This document shows, one piece after another, positions 10,643 to 20,601 of a stretch of 64,000 nucleotides of DNA. The notes beneath the pieces were generated by a model. It was not told where the DNA came from, made no database searches, and worked only from the letters and a program-made list of their open reading frames with translations. A program made the position numbers and the translations under genes. Source of the DNA: Candidatus Dojkabacteria bacterium (GTDB lineage: Bacteria; Patescibacteriota; Dojkabacteria; JAHIVN01); the NCBI GenBank assembly GCA_016932045.1, contig JAFGDO010000002.1:66553-130552 (forward strand), written 5' to 3'. Numbering within the stretch: position 1 is the first letter of the stretch; each line of letters begins with the position of its first letter.

Positions 10643-11044
10643 ATGGCCAATGTTACAACGGATATTATGATTATTCGGGGTTTGCAAGGGAATATGAAAG
10701 CAACTGTTTCGAATCTTCTAAAGGATACTGATCTTGGTAGTATGAAAAGTAAATTAAGAAGCCTTCAGAATTTAAATAGTAGTATTTGTCAGAAGTTGCA
10801 ATATGTAGCTACCATCTCTTTTAAGCTAGGCGGCAAGACTCATGTGAATGCAAATACTATCTGTAATATCCACAATCAAATAGGCACTCTTATTAGTAGT
10901 GCACTAAACAAGAATGATTCGGAAAGTTTGAAGTCGACTGCACAATCAATAAGCCAGCAAATAAGTACTGCAAATGCAAAAGCGAGTACAATGGAATCAG
11001 AAGAAAGAACTGTAGGACCATTTAAGAATAAAAATATACTTTGA
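10643..11044 (+). CDS. Hypothetical protein (S/T/N-rich)
   Basis: ORF with a -10-like gatataat upstream. No recognisable motifs. Confidence 0.3.
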   Translation: MANVTTDIMIIRGLQGNMKATVSNLLKDTDLGSMKSKLRSLQNLNSSICQKLQYVATISFKLGGKTHVNANTICNIHNQIGTLISSALNKNDSESLKSTAQSISQQISTANAKASTMESEERTVGPFKNKNIL

Positions 11045-11046
11045 CT

Positions 11047-11955
11047 TTAGAATAGTTTCTTAATCTTCTGCGCCTTGTTACCGAGTTGAACTAGATTTAA
11101 CTGTTTGGAAGTATCAGTTTTAAATGGGGTTATTCTTGTAGCTATCTCGTGTTTTTTACATAAGTTCTTGAAGAGTTTATTTAGTTTTTTAGCATTTCTT
11201 GCAGCACAGCTATATCTTTCTCCAAAGCTTTTTCTATACTTTTGCGATAAACCCGGGAATAGTTCATCTAATTTCCGGTAGTAATAATCACGCTGTCTAT
11301 CTCGTAGAGTCATTCCAAATGAGGGGATTATGTACTTGGCTTTAGCATAATGAGCTTTCTTTACGATAGCTGTAATATTTTCTTCTGTATCTTCAAGAAA
11401 TGGTAAAATCGGCATCATGGTAATTCCTGCATATATTCCGTGCTCAGAAAGAGTTTTAATTGCTTTATAACGTTTTGAAACTAAGGGAGCATTAGGTTCT
11501 ACTTTTTTACCTAGTTCATCATCTGCGGTAGTGATTGTGAAGCTTACTGCCGCATATACTTTACTGATTTCCTTTAGAACGTCTAGGTCACGTAAGACTA
11601 GGTCACTTTTTGTTAGAATATGTACTGGAAATTTAAACTCAGCTATGACCTCGAGAGCTTTTCTTGTAAGTTTTAATTTTCGCTCAAGAGGCATGTAGCA
11701 ATCATTCATGGCACCAAACCCGATTGTTCCTTTAACGCGCTTTCGTGGAAGTTCTTTCTTGAGAAGTTCTACGGCATTTATCTTTACCAGGATATCATTA
11801 AAGTTCTCTATTCTGTAACACTCGCTTCTTGAATCACAATAGATGCATTGATGTTGGCACCCTCTATACAGGTTCATGTTATATTTTAAACCGAACCATG
11901 GGTCGGGCTGCCTGTAATGTGAAAGTAGAACTTTTGCCTTAATTTCCTTTATCAT
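11047..11955 (-). CDS. Radical SAM protein, SplB/DNA-photolyase-like
   Basis: YRGCQHQCIYCDS is a CxxxCxxC motif near the N-terminus. Confidence 0.6.
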   Translation of the reverse strand: MIKEIKAKVLLSHYRQPDPWFGLKYNMNLYRGCQHQCIYCDSRSECYRIENFNDILVKINAVELLKKELPRKRVKGTIGFGAMNDCYMPLERKLKLTRKALEVIAEFKFPVHILTKSDLVLRDLDVLKEISKVYAAVSFTITTADDELGKKVEPNAPLVSKRYKAIKTLSEHGIYAGITMMPILPFLEDTEENITAIVKKAHYAKAKYIIPSFGMTLRDRQRDYYYRKLDELFPGLSQKYRKSFGERYSCAARNAKKLNKLFKNLCKKHEIATRITPFKTDTSKQLNLVQLGNKAQKIKKLF

Positions 11956-12009
11956 AACGGTAATATTATATCATTTGAGGAGTAAGAGAGGTTTGTGTTA
12001 TGAAGAAAA

Positions 12010-12600
12010 TTATGCTTTTAAGAATGATGTTATGTTCTCATCTACCTTTTCTTTACTCTTTATGACTATGAGAATGTCTTCTAGAACTCCTATTTGGCCA
12101 AGTATTGCAAAGGCTAATAGTAAAGGGATGCTAAAAATACCCAATAAGGATAAAACCATCCAAGCAACAAAGAAGTATTGTGAAATTCGTGAACTTGTTA
12201 GGTGGAATGTGCAGAGCTTTTTTGCATATGCAAGATTAAATAATTTTGAAACGATATAAGACGTGAGGAGAATCCCGAAGATTAAAATTATCAGATTTAG
12301 ATAATTTACAATTTCGTCTCTTATTATTATTACTGTAGTAATGAGAAATATCCCAAGAAAAGTGTAGTCTGCAATGGTGTCCAGCTTTCTTCCCTTATCA
12401 GAACTCACCTTCCATTTTCTTGCTAATGGCCCGTCGATTAGCTCGGTTAGTTCAAGTATGAAGAAAAATAATATAAATGAAGTTCTCGAGGAATAGAGCC
12501 CAAGATAAATTAAAACTGGAGAAAGAAGTAATCTAGCAAATGATAGTATTGTAGGAATTTTTTTCTTTAATGATTCATGCATGGTTTTGTTAATTTTCAA
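12010..12600 (-). CDS. CDP-alcohol phosphatidyltransferase
   Basis: DGPLARKWKVSSDKGRKLDTIAD matches DGx2ARx8Gx3Dx3D exactly. Six TM helices. Confidence 0.8.
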   Translation of the reverse strand: MKINKTMHESLKKKIPTILSFARLLLSPVLIYLGLYSSRTSFILFFFILELTELIDGPLARKWKVSSDKGRKLDTIADYTFLGIFLITTVIIIRDEIVNYLNLIILIFGILLTSYIVSKLFNLAYAKKLCTFHLTSSRISQYFFVAWMVLSLLGIFSIPLLLAFAILGQIGVLEDILIVIKSKEKVDENITSFLKA

Positions 12601-12665
12601 TAATTTTTATAGAAATTGCCAGAATCATCTATATAGGGATTTGACAAATCAAATCCTTACAATTT

Positions 12666-13289
12666 TTATTGAACCCTTTTCAAGAATTTCTTAGCGGCTT
12701 TTCGTGCTCTTGGACTATCAGAATTCTGCATAGTCTCTGCAAACTTTATAATTTTTTCTTTTTCAGGTATCTCTTGGTAATTCGAACTAAATGTATCGAG
12801 TGCATTAGTCTTTACATAATCGGCTCGATTTTTGAGGGGGTATGTTTTTTCTACATTAAGTAATTTCTTGATAATTTTTAATCTTAATTTAGGTTTTGCT
12901 TTAAAAATTTTGTCTGTATTGGACGCGAGATGACAGGCTATCATTATTTTCTTGTCATTTAGAAGTTCGAAGTATTTATCAAATATTTTATCGAACTTAC
13001 TCTGGGGATCAGATCTTGAGAGATTGGCAAGAATAAAGACGGGCTGAATCCTATGAAATGCATTATCACTTTTGAGTAATGCTGTAAAGTGGTCCCAATG
13101 TGGATATAAGAGCTTTGGGTGTTTGTCGCTTAGAAATATGAGTGCTTTAAAGCTTGAAAAACGTGACTGCTCATCTTTGGCAGTCATATTCTCAAGCATT
13201 TCTTCAAGAAACTTTTGATCCTTTAAAGCTTTTTTTGCTAGTCTTTTTGTTTTGGTATCAGGTTTTTCTATGTTGAAAAGTGAGCCCAT
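12666..13289 (-). CDS. Hypothetical alpha-helical protein (HEAT/AlkD-like?)
   Basis: Length and helical-repeat composition only. Confidence 0.25.
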   Translation of the reverse strand: MGSLFNIEKPDTKTKRLAKKALKDQKFLEEMLENMTAKDEQSRFSSFKALIFLSDKHPKLLYPHWDHFTALLKSDNAFHRIQPVFILANLSRSDPQSKFDKIFDKYFELLNDKKIMIACHLASNTDKIFKAKPKLRLKIIKKLLNVEKTYPLKNRADYVKTNALDTFSSNYQEIPEKEKIIKFAETMQNSDSPRARKAAKKFLKRVQ

Positions 13290-13489
13290 AGATTAAGGTA
13301 AATAGTTGTATAGTTAGATAGCTGCATTGTTTCATTGTCAATTTTTAATTCTTCATTCTCAATTACTCAATTGTATATCTGTATCATTGAATAATCGGAT
13401 AATTGTTATATTGCAATATTGTCATATTGTTGGATAACTAGATCCCGCTAAGCGGGAGATAGCCGGATAACTATTCTGCTGTTTTCTCT

Positions 13490-13936
13490 TCAGCCTTTTA
13501 GATTGTATGATTCCTTCAACCAGCCCATTAATTCTTTGTCAATCTCTTTTCCCGATCGAACATCAAGGCAAATTTTATAAGTGCTCTTTGACATCGGTAC
13601 ACAATTATCTATTCGCTTATTTTTAATTTTTTCGTTCCAGGCAAATCGTACCTCAATTCGGTCTTTTTTCGGAAGAATTGCTATGAAATCATAACAGCCG
13701 AAAAGATGGATACAACACGGAAGCGAGATAACCTTGACAGGGCCTATTTCCGTTGTTATTTTTGTCTTTAGATATTCAAATAAAGGTTTAGCAATTTCCT
13801 CTTTCCCTTCAAAGTGTTTTTCAATTGGAAACTTTTTGCAGGAATGCATCTGATTCTTTTTTGCAAAAATTCTTCCGCATTTGGGGCATGTCCAGTGTGT
13901 ACTCATTTGCTTTAGTATGAATAATATTAGAAACAC
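13490..13936 (-). CDS. Hypothetical zinc-finger protein
   Basis: The N-terminus carries CPKCG...HSC. Confidence 0.3.
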   Translation of the reverse strand: MFLILFILKQMSTHWTCPKCGRIFAKKNQMHSCKKFPIEKHFEGKEEIAKPLFEYLKTKITTEIGPVKVISLPCCIHLFGCYDFIAILPKKDRIEVRFAWNEKIKNKRIDNCVPMSKSTYKICLDVRSGKEIDKELMGWLKESYNLKG

Positions 13937-14062
13937 AGCTTAATGATACACGAAGAAGAGAAGGTGGTAAAGATGGCTAGAATGGTCTAGAAGATTAAAC
14001 TGATTGAGATGACTAATTTTCACTTCGATTTGCTTGATCATCCATATTTGTGTTTGCTTTAT

Positions 14063-14089
14063 TGACGAGGTTTCAACTTGTGTTAATAT
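14063..14089 (+). promoter_or_regulatory. Sigma-70-like promoter
   Basis: TTGACG, a 16-nt spacer, then TAATAT, about 36 nt upstream of the 14125 start. Confidence 0.4.
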
Positions 14090-14124
14090 GTTGGGAGTAT
14101 AATTAAATTATTACCAACTTATTT

Positions 14125-14703
14125 ATGCAACAAGTTCAAGGGTCGTCTGGTGGTTCTAAAAACACACTTTTATGGATCCTTGTGATTGGAGCGGTTTTAG
14201 TTGTTATAGGAATATTTTGTGCATTTCTTGGAGGAGTAGCAATGTACTGGATGATAGTTAGGGTAGAGGATGGCGAGATTGTTGAACATTACGACACTTC
14301 CACAACTGCAACTACAGTACCGGCTCAGCCTCCAACCGATACAAAACCAAAACTCGGGACAATAAAGGGGTCTGTTGGATATCCTAGTGATTTTCTTCCT
14401 TCGATGGAAGTCTGTGCCGAGGATGTAAATACAGGTGATTATCTTGATTGTGCAGTGATTATTGGAAATGGACATGAGGATTTTGCAGGACTCGATTACA
14501 CATTGAAAGTACCTCCGGGTAGCTATTATGTTTTTGCAATAATTACAGAGGAAGGAGACCCAAATAAGATGGATGTTGCTTATTATACAGAATTTGTAAA
14601 ATGCGGTATGTATGCGACCTGCACCTCACATCAGAATGTTATTGTTATTGTTGCTGAGAATCAGGTTTTGACCGGTATTAATCCTGTGGATTGGTATGAG
14701 TAG
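14125..14703 (+). CDS. Hypothetical membrane-anchored secreted protein
   Basis: N-terminal TM LLWILVIGAVLVVIGIFCAFLGG. Confidence 0.3.
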   Translation: MQQVQGSSGGSKNTLLWILVIGAVLVVIGIFCAFLGGVAMYWMIVRVEDGEIVEHYDTSTTATTVPAQPPTDTKPKLGTIKGSVGYPSDFLPSMEVCAEDVNTGDYLDCAVIIGNGHEDFAGLDYTLKVPPGSYYVFAIITEEGDPNKMDVAYYTEFVKCGMYATCTSHQNVIVIVAENQVLTGINPVDWYE

Positions 14704-14824
14704 AAGCATAGTTAAATTGTTCAATTGCTTCATTGAATATCAGTATCCTTGAATAATTGGATAATTGCTATATGGATGGATAGCTAGATAGTTGGATAGC
14801 TGTGAGCTCCAAGAGGAAAGCGAG

Positions 14825-15088
14825 CTAATGATCATCCCCATTTAGTATCTCCTTAGTTTCCTGTTTTGACTCTGTTACTTCCTGTCCGATTTGTGTTAGA
14901 AGATCTCCGATTAAAGGAACGTTTCTTGTCTTTACAAACACGAAACTTATAAGTCCAATAATGAGTGTAGCACCAATTGCTGAGCCTACTCCCCAGGCTA
15001 TTCCTCCGATAAGATTATCAAGTATTATTTGTTTTCGTGAACGAAGGTAGATTTTTAGAAAATTTTGCTTGGGTTCTTGTTTTGGCAA
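14825..15088 (-). CDS. Small membrane protein
   Basis: One TM helix, 87 aa. Confidence 0.3.
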   Translation of the reverse strand: MPKQEPKQNFLKIYLRSRKQIILDNLIGGIAWGVGSAIGATLIIGLISFVFVKTRNVPLIGDLLTQIGQEVTESKQETKEILNGDDH

Positions 15089-15261
15089 TTGGGTTTTAGG
15101 TTCTATAAATTATTTTACAGATTTGATAGAAGTAATTCTATATCATTTGTGAGAAGAGTAGAAGGTCATATTTGAAGCAACAAATGTTGATTAAATCACT
15201 TGTGTCAAAGCATACTTTATACTCAGTAAGTTTTTGTTTTCTATCTTAAACAGATTGACTT

Positions 15262-15270
15262 TGGTATAAT
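15262..15270 (+). promoter_or_regulatory. Extended -10 element (TGgTATAAT) of the tRNA transcription unit
   Basis: ttggtataat lies about 90 nt upstream of the GGGGG-initiated structured block. Confidence 0.4.
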
Positions 15271-15548
15271 ATTCTATCTATAATCTTTTGCTTTCTACTC
15301 AATTGCAGTTTTAAATTACGAACAGTAGAATTACTTATTGATCATTTATAATTATTATTTGGGGGAATGCCAAGGTGGCGCCCGCCTGCATCGCAATGCG
15401 AAGCATTGCGGGCAGGGAATTGCTCAATGAGAGGTTAGTGATTTTGAGCTTGGCGAGGAAGAACTTACCCGAATTAGTCCCGATGTGTTTGTCGAATCGG
15501 GAGTAGACTATGATTAATAATTGCTCTTTAAAACATTAGCCTTATGTT

Positions 15549-15632
15549 GCCGAGGTGGTGAAATTGGTAGACACGCAGCCTTGAGGTGGCTGTGCCCTTA
15601 CCGGTGTGTGGGTTCAACTCCCACCCTCGGCA
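15549..15632 (+). tRNA. tRNA-Leu (anticodon GAG), type II with long variable arm
   Basis: Acceptor GCCGAGG/CCTCGGC. Anticodon stem-loop CAGCC-UUGAGGU-GGCUG. T-arm GTGGG-TTCAACT-CCCAC. Discriminator A. Confidence 0.9.
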
Positions 15633-15653
15633 TTGATAACTTAACAAATAATA

Positions 15654-15783
15654 GTTTATGTCGGTGTGTGGGTTCTCCCATAAGAGTCTTTGACTTTACG
15701 GGACTAATTCGGGTAACAAAAACTTCTAATCCTTCGATAAATTCGGGATTGAAGTTTTTGAGTCTCATTGAGAACTCCCACCC
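15654..15783 (+). repeat. Partial duplicate of the tRNA-Leu 3' end, split by a 96-nt insertion
   Basis: gtcggtgtgtgggttc (15654-15669) and aactcccaccctcggca (15767-15783) reproduce tRNA-Leu 15602-15632. The insertion sits in the T-loop and contains cgggactaattcgggtaa. Confidence 0.6.
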
Positions 15784-15955
15784 TCGGCAGTTAAAAGCTT
15801 GTTTAGTAGATTTTTTTAATCTAGTTTTGATATACTGGATAAGTTCTTTCCGGATAATTCGTGTTGAGAGTTTAGAATTTACTCTCGATGGGGTGTTAGT
15901 TCAGTTGGCCTGTCTGCCGACAGGCAGGCGCGGAAGGAAGCAGTAAGAATCAAGT

Positions 15956-16029
15956 GGGGCTGTAGCTCAATTGGCTAGAGCACTCGCCTGTCACGCGAGA
16001 GGTTGTGGGTTCGATCCCCATCAGCCCCG
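15956..16029 (+). tRNA. tRNA-Asp (anticodon GUC)
   Basis: Acceptor GGGGCTG/CAGCCCC. Anticodon loop CUGUCAC. T-arm GTGGG-TTCGATC-CCCAT. Confidence 0.9.
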
Positions 16030-16211
16030 TTCGATAAATTTTGAACTTTGTTCAAAATTTCCTCACGGCAAGTCGTTCTTATCAGAGATGGTTCGACTGG
16101 CTATGAGCTTGTCGAATTGAGTCCCGTACCCCCCGCCACGTAAAATTCGTTGCGCTCATCGGATGGCGAGCCGAGTCATAATCAGAAATCAATTAGTCTA
16201 CATTCCTGCAT

Positions 16212-16237
16212 AAGCCTATTGAATATTAGGCTTTTTC
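16212..16237 (+). terminator. Rho-independent terminator closing the tRNA unit
   Basis: aagccta/taggctt hairpin followed by ttttt. Confidence 0.55.
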
Positions 16238-16252
16238 AAGTATAATTTCTAC

Positions 16253-16567
16253 GTGATGTACAAAGTAATTACTTTTTGTCCAAACAACTCAATAGATAAA
16301 GTTATAAGTGCTATGGCCGAGGCTGGTGCTGGAAATGTCGGTAACTATTCTCACTGTGCTTTTATAACAAAAGGTGAAGGGAATTGGTTTTCAGGTAAAG
16401 GTTCAAACCCTACAATTGGTCAGGTAGGTAAAATTAGCCGTGAAAAAGAGAATAAAATCGAAATGGTATGCCCTAAGAATAAGTTAAAGAGTGTAGTAGA
16501 AGCAATAAAGAGGAGTCACCCGTATGAAGAACCCGAGATTAATGTATATGAATTAGTTGCTGTTTAA
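16253..16567 (+). CDS. CutA/PII-fold-like small protein
   Basis: The C-terminal RSHPYEEPEINVYEL resembles CutA HPY(T/E)VPEI. The N-terminal beta-alpha pattern fits. Confidence 0.4.
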   Translation: MMYKVITFCPNNSIDKVISAMAEAGAGNVGNYSHCAFITKGEGNWFSGKGSNPTIGQVGKISREKENKIEMVCPKNKLKSVVEAIKRSHPYEEPEINVYELVAV

Positions 16568-16632
16568 TTACTAACTCAAAAAATAAAACTTAACTATTCC
16601 TATATTAAAAAGCAAAAGAAACGTGTTAAAGA

Positions 16633-17274
16633 CTATACTTTCAGTCCGCACTCAGGACAGAATTTGGCATTTGTACCTAACTTTGCACCACAGCCTACAC
16701 ATTTATGGTCAGATACTATCTCTGCACCGCATTCAGTACAGAATTTTGAGTGAGCTTTCACTGTTGCATTACATTTTGGACATACAGCTTTTTTTACATC
16801 GTCCCAATCCTTCTCTCCCAAATGTTTATCTTCTTTGGCCATTCGGGCATGTGCAAATGCTTCGTCTCTAGAATGCTGAGCTTGTGCGGATGACATCTCT
16901 TCTCCAAGTTCGGGGGCACACTCCTTGCATAGACCGCGTTCGTTGTTCCAACATACTTCTTTGCATACCCATGTCCCACATCTTTTGCATTGTATAAATT
17001 TGGGATAGATTTCTTTAACAGCCTCGTCTAAGGCTTTATCATGTTGTGGTCCTGCTGCCATTCTGTGTACATCGTCTGATGATGAAGCAACAGATGATGC
17101 CGCTCCTCCAAATATATTTCCAACAACATTTAACGCACCCGACAGTACACCGGTTGTGGACTTTTTAAAAGTACTCATATATCCGTTTCCGCACTTTTCG
17201 CATATAAACTTGAATTGATATCCGGATTCATTCGACATATCTTCGTAGTTATCTGTAAATGGTATGTTGGCCAC
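16633..17274 (-). CDS. Multi-zinc-ribbon protein
   Basis: At least five CxxC pairs (CEKCG, CKRCG, CKEC, CPKC, CTECG, CVGCG, CPECG). GC content is higher than in neighbouring genes. Confidence 0.5.
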   Translation of the reverse strand: MANIPFTDNYEDMSNESGYQFKFICEKCGNGYMSTFKKSTTGVLSGALNVVGNIFGGAASSVASSSDDVHRMAAGPQHDKALDEAVKEIYPKFIQCKRCGTWVCKEVCWNNERGLCKECAPELGEEMSSAQAQHSRDEAFAHARMAKEDKHLGEKDWDDVKKAVCPKCNATVKAHSKFCTECGAEIVSDHKCVGCGAKLGTNAKFCPECGLKV

Positions 17275-17546
17275 ATGAGTAAGTTAACAAATTAAACAAA
17301 GAAAACAGACTTTGGAGACTAACGAAAGAAGTATAGCAGTATTTGATGAAACTATCAATTACTGCCCCTTGCATCGTCTGCAACATAATAAGGGGCATAA
17401 TTGATATTAATTTTTTTGTTTTGTTAAAAAATTTTTCTATGATAGTTGATTAAAAAACCTATAAAGTTCCTAGGATCTACGAAGATAAAATTTTCTGATA
17501 GAATGGAAACTGCAAATGTAGTAATTATCTGAATCAGTGGGAAAAT

Positions 17547-18398
17547 ATGCCAAAGAATTTTTCTGTGTTCCTTGTAGAGAAGGTTGGTCGTCTTCTACTA
17601 AAAGGGATAAGAAAGCCAGATAGAGAAGTAGAAGATATATTTTTGAAGTACAAGACTGAAATAAATGAACTTTATAAACAGAAATTGTACTGGCATGGAA
17701 CAGGTCGTTTCCAGTATGTTTCAGAAAAGGGGAAAGTAGAAGATATCTTGAAAATGATAATTGGAAGCGATGGACTAGTACCTCATAAAAAGTTTGCCCA
17801 AATTGATAATAGAGAAAAGCTCAGAAACACCATATCATTGTCTAAGATAAGGATGTATGCTTCTATATTTGCACAGATGCACAAAGATGCAGGGAGTAAA
17901 GAATACTTTTTATTTGGCAAAAGATTATTTTGGTTGCTTGCTATTCTATTCTGTAACTTTTTAGATAATCCCATTCGTATCCTGTCTCAAACTTTACATT
18001 ATTCTCTCTTGGGAGGAAAAGAGCAGATGATTTCTATGCAATCGAGAGTCTGTCGAAAGGAAAGAATAAAAGATTTTAAATTATTCATCCTACAGTATTT
18101 GCATATGTCGACGTTAAACTCCGATATAAGTGGAAACTATCCGATACTTATTGCTGTAAAAAGGGAGGGAATAAAGTTACTAAAACCTGTCCATAGAATT
18201 GATCTATATGAAGAAAAAACCGAAGAACCCATACATTTTAGTGGAGTTTCACATATAGAAGTCCCTTATGCAGCGATAAAAAGTACTAGTTCTATATTAA
18301 GGGAAGCTCATAAGAATATCAGAATTATTCCAATAGAAGCATCAGAATTTTATCTTTATGAGAAATTCTCAATAAAAGACTTGTTATCACCAATTTAG
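17547..18398 (+). CDS. Hypothetical protein
   Basis: ORF only. Confidence 0.25.
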   Translation: MPKNFSVFLVEKVGRLLLKGIRKPDREVEDIFLKYKTEINELYKQKLYWHGTGRFQYVSEKGKVEDILKMIIGSDGLVPHKKFAQIDNREKLRNTISLSKIRMYASIFAQMHKDAGSKEYFLFGKRLFWLLAILFCNFLDNPIRILSQTLHYSLLGGKEQMISMQSRVCRKERIKDFKLFILQYLHMSTLNSDISGNYPILIAVKREGIKLLKPVHRIDLYEEKTEEPIHFSGVSHIEVPYAAIKSTSSILREAHKNIRIIPIEASEFYLYEKFSIKDLLSPI

Positions 18399-18400
18399 AG

Positions 18401-19679
18401 TTAAATTTCAATTCTTTCTGGCCAGGGCTCTTTCATGCAAATAGTCCATACTTTATCTATGTAGTTCAACATGAAATAGTTTTGAGCCAGATGGATCCAA
18501 AAAGAGCCTCTTTCGGTTAGCGCAAATTTTGAATTCCTTTCCCCAAGTAACTTTAGTGTTTTAAATATATTTATTATTAAAGAGATTTTCTTATCTTTTC
18601 CAAACACTTTATTTATTTCGTGCCTGGAAAAATAAGTGTCATATAATTTCCAGTAAAACCAGTAATATTTTGACAAAGTTTTAGAGATGTTCATTTCTAT
18701 CGATATGGGAAGTTTATTATTAAGAAGTGTTTTAATGTATTCGGAAACGTTGAATGTATTGAAGTAAAACATATTTGGAAAGTTTGAAGCAGCTCCTGCA
18801 CCGAAACCTACATAAAAATCTCTTGTTACTGAAGAATATCTAGGTACTGCGCCTTTTTTAAATCCCCATACTGAAACTCTGTTAAACCCTCTTGAGAGAA
18901 GAAAACTATGAATTGTTTTGTAAACTCTTCTTCTTATAAATATATTCGGCATTTTAACTTTCCTAAGTTTTTTTATACCTGCCGACACTAGAGTACGGGA
19001 AGGTAAAAAGGGGATAGGTTGTGATTTGATCAACACTTAATTCTACGGCCTCTTCTAGATCAGAAATGACGTCTGAAAGCTTCTGTGATGGTAAGGCAAA
19101 CATTAGATCGATATTTAAAGATTTAAAATTTCCAGATTTAATTATCCCGATCGTTTTTGGGATGTCTTTTACGTGATAGTTACGTTTAAGGAATTTGAGA
19201 GATTCTTCTTTGAAACTCTGGACTCCTAAACTGATCAACGTTACACCATAGCTTTGTAACTTTCTGACAATTGAACTGGTAATATCCGATACGCTGGTTT
19301 CAATGCAAATATCTCCAGTAACATTAAACCTGCTTTTTATTCTTTTTATGATAATACCGAGCTCGTCTATGAGGTTTGTGGGAGTTCCTCCTCCTATATA
19401 GATTGACGAGATTTTAATTCTTCCCATCTTTTCTGAGTAAAGATCTACTTCTTTTAGGATGGCATCTAAATAGGGTTTTACAAGTTCTTTCTTGTATCTA
19501 ATTCTGTTATAGGGGCAATAGGGGCACATACTTTTGCAAAAGGGAATATGGATGTAAATGCCAATCTTTTTGATGAGAGGTAGAGTGATATTATCTTTGT
19601 CTGCCTTCGAAAAGGCTAATGGTTGTTTATGTCCGATTAAGAATTCTCTTATTAATCTTGTCAATGAATTTACGACCAT
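18401..19679 (-). pseudogene. HemW/HemN-like radical SAM (oxygen-independent coproporphyrinogen oxidase-like), disrupted by a frameshift
   Basis: The N-terminal ORF 18963..19679 carries IHIPFCKSMCPYC. The C-terminal ORF 18401..19036 has a HemN_C-like sequence. The two overlap by 74 nt in different frames. Confidence 0.55.
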
Positions 19680-19680
19680 T

Positions 19681-20601
19681 TTACTTCTTTGGTAAATAAT
19701 TTATAGCTGAAATAATAGAATTTCTGCTTAATTTTAAAACATTTTCTATTTCAGCATACATCAAATAACCGCAATTTTTGCAAACATCACTTTTACCAAT
19801 TGCCCTACAGCATTTGTATAAATTATTGTTTGCATATATAAAACAAATATCCGAAGGTCTTTCCCATTTGTTATTTAAAATATTTTCTAATGCAGTTTTG
19901 GAATTAAGGATTTTTTTGTATTTATTCTTTAGTAAAAGAAGCCTTCTAATTATGGGTCTCTTAGCCCTTGTGTCTAGAAAAAGCTCGTCATATCCATAAT
20001 AAGGCGTGTGAAAATTAAAAAAGATTCCCTTGATTTGTTTAATGGTTTCCATTTCTTCACAAAATGTCTCAATCTCACATTCATTTTTTTGATTAATAGT
20101 GAAGTTTATGATTATATTTGGATGGGATGATTTTTGAATGTTTCTGATTATTTTATCAAAAATATTTCTTCCTCTTGCCCGCAGTTCATTATTTGTCTTT
20201 TTTAGTCCGTCTAAACTTACAAAAAAAGAATCAGCAGAAACATCAAGTGGAAATGTGCCGTTTGTATAGATGCTTATCCATAAAAAACCCATTCGTCTTG
20301 CTAAATTTACTATGTTTCCTAATTGGTATTTGTTTTCTGTCCAAAGAAACGGCTCTCCGCCTTCAATATAAAGTAGTCTTATACCCCTGTCATAAAGCGT
20401 CCGTAGTCCCTTCCTAATCTCCATGTAAGATAAATCAGGTATATCTTTTCTATTTGATACTCGGCATTGCTTACAGTTGAGGTTGCATCTTTCATTAATG
20501 ACAAGTCCTCCGATCAGAGGATCTTTTTGCCCAAATATTTTTCTCTTTAGGAAGTAACTAATTGAGTAAATTATAATTTGAGTGTTTCTCTCTATATTCA
20601 T
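19681..20601 (-). CDS. Radical SAM/SPASM-domain protein
   Basis: INERCNLNCKQCRV is a CxxxCxxC motif. The C-terminal Cys cluster is CFIYANNNLYKCCRAIGKSDVCKNCG. Confidence 0.6.
   Translation of the reverse strand: MNIERNTQIIIYSISYFLKRKIFGQKDPLIGGLVINERCNLNCKQCRVSNRKDIPDLSYMEIRKGLRTLYDRGIRLLYIEGGEPFLWTENKYQLGNIVNLARRMGFLWISIYTNGTFPLDVSADSFFVSLDGLKKTNNELRARGRNIFDKIIRNIQKSSHPNIIINFTINQKNECEIETFCEEMETIKQIKGIFFNFHTPYYGYDELFLDTRAKRPIIRRLLLLKNKYKKILNSKTALENILNNKWERPSDICFIYANNNLYKCCRAIGKSDVCKNCGYLMYAEIENVLKLSRNSIISAINYLPKK

Noticed and set aside
15361-15545. GGGGG-initiated block upstream of tRNA-Leu, considered as the 5' end of a tmRNA (ssrA)
   Set aside because: No GGAUUCGAC D-loop analogue after the 5' Gs. 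No tag reading frame ending in a stop. No T-arm/CCA partner at a plausible distance. The sequence 3' of 16125 (GUACCCCCCGCCA) pairs with it over only 5 bp.
15921-15944. GGAAGGAAGCAG, identical to the SRP RNA domain IV tetraloop plus 3' strand of E. coli 4.5S RNA
   Set aside because: The flanking sequence cannot form helix 8. The 5' strand CGC versus GGA does not pair. The 3' side runs directly into tRNA-Asp. It is kept only as a note inside the tRNA-locus finding.
16100-16141. Minus-strand GGGGGGUACGGGACUCAAUUCGAC, resembling a tmRNA 5' end
   Set aside because: A roughly 350-nt tmRNA from here would run antisense through the canonical tRNA-Asp. No matching 3' acceptor strand was found. The similarity is better explained as a copy of the cgaattagtcccg repeat.
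16241-16258. TATAAT placed 6-9 nt before the GTG/ATG of gene 16253, suggesting a leaderless mRNA
   Set aside because: A single instance and no TSS data. It may simply be AT-rich sequence.
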